In this document: positions 9,110 to 17,447 of the stretch, piece after piece
How positions within the stretch are numbered: the first letter of the stretch is position 1
How the letters are laid out: every line of letters starts with the position of its first letter
Origin: Gammaproteobacteria bacterium
Lineage (GTDB): Bacteria > Actinomycetota > Acidimicrobiia > Spongiisociales > UBA4744
Direction: 5' to 3'
NCBI GenBank assembly: GCA_011682695.1
Contig: JAACED010000012.1
Location: 43,518 to 107,517, forward strand
Length of the DNA stretch: 64,000 nt
Made by a program: the position numbers and the translations under genes
The notes under the pieces: generated by a model
What the model saw: only the letters and a program-made list of their open reading frames with translations
Databases searched by the model: none
What the model was told of the DNA's origin: nothing

Positions 9110-9647
9110 CACCCCTGAGGCTGATCGGTCGACGATTCCTCGCACATGGTGCGTTTCTCGATTTCGAACGACTGCACTACACGGCCTTCGACGGCCGCCA
9201 CGCCGCCAGAGAGGTCGTACATCACCCTGGCGCCGTTGCCATCGTTCCGGTCATCGGAGACGAGGTCATCCTGATCGCGCAGGAGCGGATTCTCCGATCG
9301 GAAAGCGGCTGCTGGAGATTCCTGCGGGCAAGCGCGACGAGGCCGATGAACCACTCGAAGTGACCGCGATACGAGAATGCGAAGAAGAGATCGGCTATCG
9401 GCCGGGACGTTTGATTCCGCTGGGGAGTCTCTACACGACGCCAGGTTTCAGTGACGAGAGGATTTGGCTGTTCAGGGGAGAAGACCTGGAACCGGTGCCG
9501 ACCCGACCCCAAGGGCCGGAGGAGGAAATGTCGCAGATCGTACGTCTGCCGATTCCTGAGGCGCTGCGTAGGGTTGATGCTGGAGAGATCCTGGATGTGA
9601 AGACCGTGATCGGACTTCACTCGTTGAGAAGGGAGTTCAGACCGTGA
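9106..9647 (+). pseudogene. NUDIX hydrolase (ADP-ribose pyrophosphatase NudF-like), disrupted by an apparent +1/-1 frameshift near 9289-9296
   Basis: The N-terminal part (REVVHHPGAVAIVPVIGDEVILIAQERI) is in frame 1 (track ORF 9106..9363). The Nudix box and C-terminus (LLEIPAGKRDEADEPLEVTAIRECEEEIGYRPG...) are in frame 0 (track ORF 9072..9647). A 1-nt indel in the ATTCTCC tract would restore one NudF-like ORF. GTG start overlaps the pyrG stop (GTGA). Confidence 0.6.
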
Positions 9648-10771
9648 TCATTGGAGTGCCCCGAGAGGTCAAACTGGGTGAACATCGTGTCGCCATCACT
9701 CCCGTCGGTGTACGTGAGCTCGTCGGCAGAGGCCACCAGGTCGTCGTCGAGACCCACGCGGGGGAGGGTTCGACGATCCACGACGTCGAGTACGAGGGTC
9801 AAGGCGCCCACATCGCCGCATCTGCCCGGGACGTCTTCGAAGTCGCCGACCTCATCCTCAAAGTGAAGGAGCCACAACTGCCGGAAGTCGCGATGTTGCG
9901 TGCAGAACAGGTGCTGTTCACCTATCTACACCTGGCTGCCCATCCGGATCTGACGGCAGCGATGCTCGAGCGCGGAATCATCGCCATCGCGTACGAAACG
10001 GTCGAACTTCCCAGTGGAGCACTGCCGCTGCTCGCTCCGATGTCGGAAGTGGCGGGGAGAATGGCGACGCAAGCCGGCGCCTACTTCTTGGAGAAAGCAC
10101 ATGGGGGCCGCGGCGTCCTCCTCGGCGGTGTGCCGGGGGTGATGCCGGCCAAAGTCGTCATCATCGGTGCGGGCATGGCCGGCACGAACGCCGCCATGAT
10201 GGCGGCAGGCCTCGGCGCCCGCGTGGTCGTGCTCGACAAGGACGCGGCGAAACTCCAAGCCCTCGACGCTCTGTACCGCGGCCGGATTCTGACCCTGTCG
10301 TCAAACATGCTGACCATCGAAGAACAGGTGCGGAACGCAGATCTCGTTATCGGAGCCGTGCTGCTTCCTGGAGCGTCCGCTCCAAAGCTGGTGACCGAGC
10401 CGATGGTGAAGGAGATGAAACGTGGCTCCGTACTGGTCGACATCGCGATCGATCAGGGCGGGTGTTTCGAGACGAGTCGAGAAACGACTCACAGTGATCC
10501 GACCTACATTCTCCACGACGTCGTTCACTACGCCGTCGGGAACATCCCGGGTGCGGTTCCCCACACCTCGACCTACGCGCTCACCAACGCGACCCTGCCG
10601 TACGTCTTGGCGCTCGCCGACAACGGGGTCTCGAGAGCCGTCGCCGGCCATCCGGAGCTGTTGCTGGGACTGAACATCATCGGCCCCGCCGTCGTCCATC
10701 GAGCCGTGGCGGAGAGTCTCGGGTTGGAATATGCAGATCCAACGCAGATCCTCGACCACTGGCCGCATTGA
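9644..10771 (+). CDS. ald: Alanine dehydrogenase
   Basis: MIIGVPREVK...VVETHAGEGS...; Rossmann VVIIGAGMAGTNAA. Full-length match to the Ald family. GTG start overlaps the upstream stop (GTGA). Confidence 0.9.
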   Translation: MIIGVPREVKLGEHRVAITPVGVRELVGRGHQVVVETHAGEGSTIHDVEYEGQGAHIAASARDVFEVADLILKVKEPQLPEVAMLRAEQVLFTYLHLAAHPDLTAAMLERGIIAIAYETVELPSGALPLLAPMSEVAGRMATQAGAYFLEKAHGGRGVLLGGVPGVMPAKVVIIGAGMAGTNAAMMAAGLGARVVVLDKDAAKLQALDALYRGRILTLSSNMLTIEEQVRNADLVIGAVLLPGASAPKLVTEPMVKEMKRGSVLVDIAIDQGGCFETSRETTHSDPTYILHDVVHYAVGNIPGAVPHTSTYALTNATLPYVLALADNGVSRAVAGHPELLLGLNIIGPAVVHRAVAESLGLEYADPTQILDHWPH

Positions 10772-10778
10772 TGCGGAG

Positions 10779-11669
10779 ATGGACGGCCCAGGCATCCGGG
10801 CAGGAGTCGAGGAATACCTCGCATCTCTTGCGATCGAGCGAGGGCTCTCCACAAACACGGTCACTGCGTATCGCCGTGACCTGCGCCAGTATCTGACGTT
10901 CCTCGACGGTCGACCGGCCACGGCAGGGTCGGTCGTCGAGTTCGTCTCGATGCTCCACGAATCCTCACTGGCTCCATCCACCATCGCCCGCAAAGTGGCC
11001 GCACTTCGAGGCCTACACCGCTTTCTGGTTGCCGAAGGCTCCGCCACCGAAGATCCAACCATCTTGATCGAGACGCCCAAGCTCGCGCGTAGCCTGCCAA
11101 AAGCCCTCACGGTTCAGGAAGTACTGAACCTGTTGGAGGCGCCCGATGTCTCTTCACCGCTCGGCCGCAGAGACCGCGCACTGCTCGAGTTCATGTACGC
11201 AACCGGTGCACGCGTCTCCGAGACGACCGGCATCGACATAGAAGCGGTCGACCTCGAAGATCGCACGGCGCTCGTCACCGGCAAGGGTTCCAAGCAACGA
11301 CTCGTCCCGATCGGCGCCTATGCCGTCCAGGCCATTCGGACCTACTTGCACGATCGCATGGTGTTGACGTCGGGACGTCCGGACCCGGGAGCGCTCTTCC
11401 TCAGCGCCAGAGGGCGAAGGCTCAGCCGCCAGGGCGTATGGCTGATCGTGCGGACTCAGGCGCAGCGAGCCGGCATCACCCCCGACCGCGTTTCCCCCCA
11501 TGTGCTCCGGCACTCGACGGCAACCCACATGGTGGAGGGGGGAGCGGACCTGAGGACCGTTCAAGAGATGCTCGGGCACGCTAGTATCTCAACTACACAG
11601 GTGTACACCAGGGTTTCCCCTCAACACCTTTATGAGGTGTACGTCATGTCACACCCACGGAGCAGGTGA
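10779..11669 (+). CDS. xerD: Site-specific tyrosine recombinase XerD
   Basis: N-terminal SAM-like domain (EYLASLAIERGLSTNTVTAYRRDL), catalytic R..HxxR..Y set (ARVSE...HVLRHSTATH...TQVYTRV). Start set to the ATG after the ald stop. The track ORF begins earlier, inside ald. Confidence 0.85.
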   Translation: MDGPGIRAGVEEYLASLAIERGLSTNTVTAYRRDLRQYLTFLDGRPATAGSVVEFVSMLHESSLAPSTIARKVAALRGLHRFLVAEGSATEDPTILIETPKLARSLPKALTVQEVLNLLEAPDVSSPLGRRDRALLEFMYATGARVSETTGIDIEAVDLEDRTALVTGKGSKQRLVPIGAYAVQAIRTYLHDRMVLTSGRPDPGALFLSARGRRLSRQGVWLIVRTQAQRAGITPDRVSPHVLRHSTATHMVEGGADLRTVQEMLGHASISTTQVYTRVSPQHLYEVYVMSHPRSR

Positions 11670-11676
11670 ACGCACA

Positions 11677-12009
11677 ATGGACGACATCCGTTCGACACTT
11701 ACGAGTGAACGTGAAGAGCTGGTTCATCAGCTCGAGGAGTTCGGCGCGACCGATCGTGGAAACCTTCGGTCAGATGCTCAGTTTTCTGGATCCTTCGCAG
11801 ACGCCGGTGCCGCAACCGCCGAACGCAGTGAAGTGATCGGTATCATCCAGAGCCTCGCACGCCGCGTCCGGATGGTGGACCGAGCGCTTGCCAAGATCGA
11901 CGAAGGCACCTACGGAATCTGCGACCGTTGCGGTGAGCGGATCCCCGAAGCCCGTCTCGAGGCTCGGCCCGAGTCTGTATTCTGCGTCGACTGTAAGTCC
12001 CGTTCTTGA
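11677..12009 (+). CDS. TraR/DksA family C4-type zinc-finger transcriptional regulator
   Basis: C-terminal CDRCGERIPEARLEARPESVFCVDC (CxxC-x17-CxxC) after a coiled-coil N-terminal half. ATG at 11677, 7 nt after the xerD stop. Confidence 0.65.
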   Translation: MDDIRSTLTSEREELVHQLEEFGATDRGNLRSDAQFSGSFADAGAATAERSEVIGIIQSLARRVRMVDRALAKIDEGTYGICDRCGERIPEARLEARPESVFCVDCKSRS

Positions 12010-12614
12010 GCCCAATCGTCCAAGGTCTGATCTTCATCGCGGTGCTCGTACCATCGGTGATTCTGCATGAGGTGGCTCACGGCTGGGTGGCGGAGCGTTT
12101 CGGTGATACCACTGCACGAGACGCGGGCCGGATCACCCTCAATCCTCTCGTTCACATCGATCCGATGGGAACGATCATCCTTCCGGCCGTACTCGCATTG
12201 ACGGGCGCTCCGGTATTCGGATGGGCGAAGCCCGTCCCTGTTATCCCCGCGCATCTCCGCAGGCCGGTGCGCGACATGGCGATAGTCGGGTTGGCGGGAC
12301 CGGTCACCAACGCGATCCTCGCTCTGCTTGCAGGTCGGCTGCTCCTGCCGGCCGTCTCAGGCTGGATAGGTGTCGCCGTGTGGGCATTCGCCTATGTCAA
12401 CGTGGTACTCGCAATCTTCAATCTGCTTCCCGTCCCACCCCTCGACGGGAGCCGTCTCCTGCCACTCGTTCTGGGCCCACGCGGCCGCAGCGTATGGTCC
12501 GCGATCGAGCCGTTCGGCCTCTTGATCATCTTCGCGTTCTTGTTCATCCCCCAGTTCTCAGTCGTTCTGATGACACCCATCAGGGCACTCGCCCGGGTTG
12601 CGGGACTCGCATGA
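12006..12614 (+). CDS. Site-2 protease family (M50) membrane metallopeptidase
   Basis: HEVAHG zinc-binding motif in TM helix 1; polytopic hydrophobic profile; LDG motif (PVPPLDGS). TTG start overlaps the upstream TGA (TTGA). Confidence 0.7.
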   Translation: MSPIVQGLIFIAVLVPSVILHEVAHGWVAERFGDTTARDAGRITLNPLVHIDPMGTIILPAVLALTGAPVFGWAKPVPVIPAHLRRPVRDMAIVGLAGPVTNAILALLAGRLLLPAVSGWIGVAVWAFAYVNVVLAIFNLLPVPPLDGSRLLPLVLGPRGRSVWSAIEPFGLLIIFAFLFIPQFSVVLMTPIRALARVAGLA

Positions 12615-13117
12615 GCGAGCTCGGAGGCTGGTGTCATCTCGTACGGCGGTTTCTCGAGGTGCTGACGGCTCGCCCTCTCAACGAACAGCAGAGAGAAGAA
12701 GCTTCGGTCCTCCTGCGATCCGATGCCGAGGAGAGGGTGTTCTTCGGACAACCTGCTGCAGACCAGCAGCACGGCCTCGCTGCTGCGAGGCTGGTGGCGG
12801 GCAGAGTCGAACTCCGGCGAGCAGCATTGCTGCACGACATCGGCAAACAAGAAGCCAGACTCGGGGTCTGGGGCAGATCACTGGCCAGCGCCCTCGCAAG
12901 GTTCCACGTCACGGTCCGCGGCCGCCTGCAAACATATCTCGATCACGGGCCCATCGGCGCCGGCATTCTGCAAAAGCTCGGTGCGGAATCGATCGTCGTC
13001 GACTTCGCACGCCATCATCAGGGCGTGCGACCACCGACGATCACCCCAGATGACTGGGACACGTTGCGAAATGCCGACAGAAAAGCACGAACCCTGTTCT
13101 CGCGCGCAATACGATGA
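12611..13117 (+). CDS. HD domain-containing protein (metal-dependent phosphohydrolase)
   Basis: LLHDIGK HD motif. ATG overlaps the upstream stop (ATGA). The track ORF 12221..13117 N-terminal extension is an alternate-frame read of the M50 gene. Confidence 0.6.
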   Translation: MSELGGWCHLVRRFLEVLTARPLNEQQREEASVLLRSDAEERVFFGQPAADQQHGLAAARLVAGRVELRRAALLHDIGKQEARLGVWGRSLASALARFHVTVRGRLQTYLDHGPIGAGILQKLGAESIVVDFARHHQGVRPPTITPDDWDTLRNADRKARTLFSRAIR

Positions 13118-13124
13118 GGGCGCC

Positions 13125-13889
13125 GTGAAGACCTATGAAGTCAAAACCCCCGTGTTCGAAGGGCCACTCGATCTGCTCCTGCAACTGATCACGAGACGCC
13201 AGGTGGAGATCACGGCGGTGAGCCTGGTCGATCTGGTCGACGAGTATCTGAAGACATTGCAGACGCTCGGGCAACTCGACATGGACGTCACGAGTGAGTT
13301 TGTCCTGATCGCCTCGACGTTGATCCAGCTCAAGGCACGCCGCCTGCTTCCCACGGACGATGGCGTGGAACTGGATGAGGAGCTCGAACTCATGGAGGAG
13401 CGAGACCGGCTTCTCTCGCGCCTGCTCGCGTGCGTAACGTTCAGAGACGTCGCCGCGGTGATCGCGTACCGCCTCGAAGAGGCCGGCCGATATGTCGCTC
13501 GATCCGGTGGCATGGACTTCTCGCCGCTGCAGAAGCCACCGGAGACAGTGCTCACCATCAACGCCGAAGGACTTGCCGCTCTTGCCGAACGTTTGCTCGA
13601 GGCTACGGAGATCGGACCTGACCTCGATCACTTCGACCTCGATCTCCCGTCGGTGGGCGAGGCGATGGCTGATCTGAGAAGCCGAGTCGTCGCAGCTGCC
13701 GAAGCGGACTTCTCCGATCTCGTTGCACATGCAGAGCGAACGGTGGAGGTCGTCGCCTACTTCCTCGCATTGCTGGAGTTGGCCCGCTGGGGAGTCGTGG
13801 AGGCAAGCCAGGCCGGGTGGTTGTCGGAGATTCACGTCAAGGCGACCGAGACGAAGTCGACGGAGGAGGTCGTCAGTGAATGGGAGTGA
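13125..13889 (+). CDS. scpA: Segregation and condensation protein A
   Basis: MKTYEVKTPVFEGPLDLLLQLI... canonical ScpA N-terminus. GTG start in frame, preceded by GAGGG. Confidence 0.8.
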   Translation: MKTYEVKTPVFEGPLDLLLQLITRRQVEITAVSLVDLVDEYLKTLQTLGQLDMDVTSEFVLIASTLIQLKARRLLPTDDGVELDEELELMEERDRLLSRLLACVTFRDVAAVIAYRLEEAGRYVARSGGMDFSPLQKPPETVLTINAEGLAALAERLLEATEIGPDLDHFDLDLPSVGEAMADLRSRVVAAAEADFSDLVAHAERTVEVVAYFLALLELARWGVVEASQAGWLSEIHVKATETKSTEEVVSEWE

Positions 13890-14448
13890 GACGACAGCGG
13901 TCTCGGTCCTGGAAGCGATCCTGTTCGTTGCCGAGGAGCCCGTGCCTATCGCGGAGTTGGCCGAGGTATTGGAGATGAGCACCGAACGTGTGCAATCTGA
14001 GCTCGAGAAACTCGCTACCGAACTGGATGACAGGGGATCAGGTCTGATCGTGCGCACCGTCGGAGGCGGTTGGCGCCTATATGCCAGGAGCGGCGTGCGA
14101 GCCTACCTGGACCGCTATGCAACCACGGCGACCGCGACCCGCCTCTCTCCCGCTGCGCTCGAAGTTCTTTCGATCGTCGCCTACAAACAGCCCGTATCAC
14201 GCGGACAGATCGCAGAGATTCGTGGTGTCGACTCCGGGTCGGCGGTTCGCACGCTCGAACGGCGAGGCCTGATCGAAGAACTCGAGCGCCTCTCCGTGCC
14301 CGGCAACCCGGCCGTGTACGGCACATCAGCCCTCTTCCTCGAGAAACTTGGCATCGGCTCACTCAACGATCTTCCCCCGCTCGCCGATCACGTCCCGCCT
14401 TCGCGGGTCGTCGAATCGCTCGAGGAAACCTTTCGTACGGACCTGTGA
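13876..14448 (+). CDS. scpB: Segregation and condensation protein B
   Basis: VLEAILFVAEEPVPIAELAEVL... two winged-helix ScpB repeats. GTG start overlapping the scpA 3' end. Confidence 0.8.
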   Translation: MNGSETTAVSVLEAILFVAEEPVPIAELAEVLEMSTERVQSELEKLATELDDRGSGLIVRTVGGGWRLYARSGVRAYLDRYATTATATRLSPAALEVLSIVAYKQPVSRGQIAEIRGVDSGSAVRTLERRGLIEELERLSVPGNPAVYGTSALFLEKLGIGSLNDLPPLADHVPPSRVVESLEETFRTDL

Positions 14449-15161
14449 ACGAGCGCCTCCAGAAACTCATCGCTCACTCAGGGTTCACCTCGCGCCGTGG
14501 TGCGGAGGAACTCATCAAACAAGGGAGAGTTTCGGTCGACGGTGCTCCCGCTCATCTGGGACAGAAGATCGACCCTGAGCACGCATCCGTCATGATCGAT
14601 GGAGTTCCACTCCCCGTGGCACCAGGCCTCGTCTACTACCTGCTGAACAAGCCGCCCGGAGTCGTCAGTACGGTACGCGACCCGCAGGGCCGCCGCACCG
14701 TTGTCGATATCGTCGGCAGCGAAACGAGGTTGTATCCGGTGGGACGGCTGGATGTGGAATCCGAGGGGCTACTCATCCTCACCAACGATGGAGATCTGGC
14801 TCACCTGCTGATGCACCCGAAGTTCGAGGTTGCCAAGACGTACATGGTGCTCGTCGATGCGAACCCGACCGCCCGTCAACTCCGCATCCTTCGAGAAGGT
14901 GTCGATCTGGAGGACGGGTCTGCGGCCGCGCTCTCGGCGCGGGTGATCGATCGTTCGAAGGGACAAGCTCTCATCGAGATCGTGATGGGGGAAGGACGCA
15001 AGCGTGAGGTGCGTCGGATGTGCGCCGATGTCGGCCTGCCCGTCTTGAGGCTCATTCGGACAGCCATAGGGCCGCTGCGAGATCGTACGCTTCGACCCGG
15101 GTCGTTCCGGCCATTGACCCTCGATGAAGTGCGAAGCCTCTACGCGGCAGCAGCCCCATGA
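14445..15161 (+). CDS. rluB: RsuA/RluB family rRNA pseudouridine synthase
   Basis: N-terminal S4 domain (ERLQKLIAHSGFTSRRGAEELIKQGRVSVDG), catalytic GRLDVESEGLLILTNDG. GTG overlaps the scpB stop (GTGA). Confidence 0.85.
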   Translation: MNERLQKLIAHSGFTSRRGAEELIKQGRVSVDGAPAHLGQKIDPEHASVMIDGVPLPVAPGLVYYLLNKPPGVVSTVRDPQGRRTVVDIVGSETRLYPVGRLDVESEGLLILTNDGDLAHLLMHPKFEVAKTYMVLVDANPTARQLRILREGVDLEDGSAAALSARVIDRSKGQALIEIVMGEGRKREVRRMCADVGLPVLRLIRTAIGPLRDRTLRPGSFRPLTLDEVRSLYAAAAP

Positions 15162-16441
15162 GACGCCGTATCACACCGACCACAGCCCGGGGAGAGATGA
15201 CCGTGCCGGGGTCTCGAAGCATCACGAACCGGGCCCTGGTGGCGGCCGCTCTGGCCGACGGAGTGAGTTCCCTTCGCGGGGTCCCAGTCTGCGACGACAC
15301 GCAAGCCATGATCGACGGTTTGCGCAGTCTCGGTGTGAGCATCCGCCGGCATGACGACCAGCTGTTGGTCACCGGCAGGGGCGGGAGAATCGGCAGGCCC
15401 GGAGCGGTCGTCAATGCGTTGGCTTCCGGCACGACCGCACGATTCCTGACGGCGGTCGCCTGTCTCGGTGAGCAGAAGGCCGTCGTGAACGGTGTGAAGC
15501 GGCTGCAGGAACGGCCTCTCGGGCCTCTCGTCGATGCGCTTCGCAAGATGGGCGCCCAGATTGAAGGTGAACACCTGCCCCTCCTTGTCGGAGGAGGCAG
15601 CCTCGTGGCCGGCAGCGTCGAGGTCGATGCCTCGGCTTCGAGCCAGTTCGTCTCGGCACTGGCCTTGATCGGACCCGTGATCGAGGGCGGTCTATCGATT
15701 CGGTGGGGTGAACTCGTGTCGAGACCTTTCGTCGAGATGACCGTGGAGGTCATGGCGACCTTCGGCGTGACCGTCGAGCTGTCCGATCGTGGTCTCACCG
15801 TCTCGGACCGAGCCACCTATGGGGCGGCAGAGATGTCGATTCCTCCCGACGCGGCGTCTGCCGTATACCCCGCGCTGGCCGCGGCCATCACCAGGGGCAG
15901 AGTCGTGATCAGGGGATTGCAGCGAGCCCCTTCCCAGGCAGACTTGCGAGTGTTCGACATGTTCCAGGAGATGGGTTGCCGTGTCGAGTGGAGCAGGACG
16001 GGTGTCCGCGTAGACGGTCCCGAACGCCTACGCGCGGTGGACGCCGACATGGGTAGTGCACCGGACGGAGCTCTCGCCGTGGCGATCGCAGCAGCGTTTG
16101 CCGACGGAACCTCGAGGATTCGCGGTCTGGATACGCTCGCAGCCAAGGAGAGCGACCGTACTGCCGGACTCGCCCAAGGGCTGACGGCGATGGGGGCCAC
16201 GGTCGAGGTCGAGGCCGCCGGTCTCTCCATCACTGCCGGCGATCCTCGTGAAGCGACCATCGATCCACATGCAGATCATCGCATGGCCATGGTGTTCTCT
16301 GTCGCCGGGCTCGGCAGGAAGGGGATCCGCGTTGAGGACAGCGACTGTGTGGGCAAGACGTGGCCCGGCTTCTATGAGGACATGAATCGGATCTGTGGTT
16401 CGAGCTGGGCACGCCCAGACCCCCGGGAATCTGCCGAGTGA
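15158..16441 (+). CDS. aroA: 3-phosphoshikimate 1-carboxyvinyltransferase (EPSP synthase)
   Basis: VPGSRSITNRALVAAALADG, LGEQKAVVNG, DASASSQFVSAL, ADHRMAMV motifs. ATG at 15158 overlaps the rluB stop (ATGA). An internal ATG at 15197 (MTVPGS...) is an alternative start. Confidence 0.9.
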   Translation: MRRRITPTTARGEMTVPGSRSITNRALVAAALADGVSSLRGVPVCDDTQAMIDGLRSLGVSIRRHDDQLLVTGRGGRIGRPGAVVNALASGTTARFLTAVACLGEQKAVVNGVKRLQERPLGPLVDALRKMGAQIEGEHLPLLVGGGSLVAGSVEVDASASSQFVSALALIGPVIEGGLSIRWGELVSRPFVEMTVEVMATFGVTVELSDRGLTVSDRATYGAAEMSIPPDAASAVYPALAAAITRGRVVIRGLQRAPSQADLRVFDMFQEMGCRVEWSRTGVRVDGPERLRAVDADMGSAPDGALAVAIAAAFADGTSRIRGLDTLAAKESDRTAGLAQGLTAMGATVEVEAAGLSITAGDPREATIDPHADHRMAMVFSVAGLGRKGIRVEDSDCVGKTWPGFYEDMNRICGSSWARPDPRESAE

Positions 16442-16461
16442 TACCGGTACGTCGCTCGCCG

Positions 16462-16672
16462 GCGACACCTCCCAAGACCCCCTCCGTCCTCGGCAGGACT
16501 TTCCAAGACCCCCTCCGTCCTCGGCCAAAGCCCCGAGGACACCTCCCCCAACGCTCGCCAAGACCCCCTCCGCCCTCGGCCAAAGCCCCGAGGACACCTC
16601 CCCCAACGCTCGCCAAGACCCCCTCCGTCCTCGGCCAAAGCCCCGAGGACACCTCCCCCAACGTCGGCCTTG
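16462..16672. repeat. 55-bp tandem repeat array (about 3 full copies plus a degenerate leading copy) in the aroA-cmk intergenic region
   Basis: Unit CCAAGACCCCCTCCG(T/C)CCTCGGC + CAAAGCCCCGAGGACACCTCCCCCAACGCTCG recurs at about 16503, 16558 and 16613 (period 55). A partial copy lies at about 16472. The array is C-rich on the plus strand. No coherent coding frame (55 is not a multiple of 3). Confidence 0.85.
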
Positions 16673-16678
16673 CGGCCT

Positions 16679-16720
16679 CCTGGGGGAGGAAACGGCCCTC
16701 GCTGGGGGAGGAAACGGCCG
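16679..16720. repeat. Two copies of a 22-bp direct repeat (CTGGGGGAGGAAACGGCC...) immediately after the 55-bp array
   Basis: TGGGGGAGGAAACGGCC at about 16681 and again at about 16703. Confidence 0.6.
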
Positions 16721-16800
16721 GGAGGGGGCCGGCGCCAGACAGAGGGGGAGTGCGGTGCCACCACCGACGCCGCGAGTCAACGCACTAGGGTTGCTGCGCC

Positions 16801-17433
16801 ATGGAGCACCTCGTGATAGCGATCGACGGGCCGGGAGGATCCGGTAAGACCACGGTGAGCCGCGCTCTCGCCAAGGCTCTCGGAGTGGCACATCTGGATA
16901 CCGGTGCGTTCTATCGAGCGGTTACTCTCGCGGCACTTCGGGCGGGACTCTCCGCTCCATCGGACCTGGCCGCTCTCGCGGAGCGCATCGATCTGCGGTA
17001 CGAGGACGGGCACATGTATCTCGATGGGGAAGACGTCTGCGAGGCAATCCGTTCAGAAGCCGTCAATGCGTTCGTGTCGGTGGTCAGTGCAGAGCCGGCC
17101 GTGCGTAGGGCAATGGTGGAACGCCAACGGCGCTGGGTGGAGGAGCATGGTAACCGGGCTGTCGTCGAGGGACGGGATATCGGGACCGTAGTGTTCCCCC
17201 ACGCGGAACTGAAGATCTTCCTCGTTGCACGCCCAGAGATCAGAGCCTCACGGCGGGCCCATGAACTCGACTCCCCCGGAGTAGAGAACGTGAAACAGGA
17301 CCTCGCGCGGCGCGACCACCTGGACTCTTCTCGCGCCGTGTCACCGCTGAGCCCGGCAGAAGACGCAGTCACGCTCGACACCTCGGACGTGACCGTGCCC
17401 GACGTCGTCGAGCATATCCTGACTCTGCTCTGA
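16801..17433 (+). CDS. cmk: Cytidylate kinase
   Basis: MEHLVIAIDGPGGSGKTTVSRALA... P-loop; full-length Cmk. Confidence 0.9.
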   Translation: MEHLVIAIDGPGGSGKTTVSRALAKALGVAHLDTGAFYRAVTLAALRAGLSAPSDLAALAERIDLRYEDGHMYLDGEDVCEAIRSEAVNAFVSVVSAEPAVRRAMVERQRRWVEEHGNRAVVEGRDIGTVVFPHAELKIFLVARPEIRASRRAHELDSPGVENVKQDLARRDHLDSSRAVSPLSPAEDAVTLDTSDVTVPDVVEHILTLL

Positions 17434-17447
17434 CGAAAGGTCGGGCT

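Noticed and set aside
9072-9647. 191-aa ORF starting inside pyrG
   Set aside because: Its first ~70 codons are an alternate-frame read of the pyrG 3' end plus the NUDIX N-terminal region. Only the part after ~9290 is real and belongs to the frameshifted NUDIX gene.
12221-13117. 298-aa track ORF as a single gene
   Set aside because: Only the last 168 codons (from the ATGA-coupled ATG at 12611) are protein-like (HD domain). The upstream part is an alternate-frame read of the M50 protease gene.
16462-16720. Possible CRISPR array
   Set aside because: Repeats are directly adjacent with no unique spacers, the period is 55 bp with internal sub-structure, and no cas genes are nearby. It is a minisatellite, not CRISPR.
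16395-16847. Plus-strand Pro-rich ORFs (150 aa and 116 aa) and several minus-strand ORFs (16028..16891, 16230..16661, 16372..16764) over the tandem repeat
   Set aside because: They are frame-specific translations of a 55-bp repeat (period not divisible by 3). They run from inside aroA into cmk and have no protein-like composition. Treated as a non-coding repeat.
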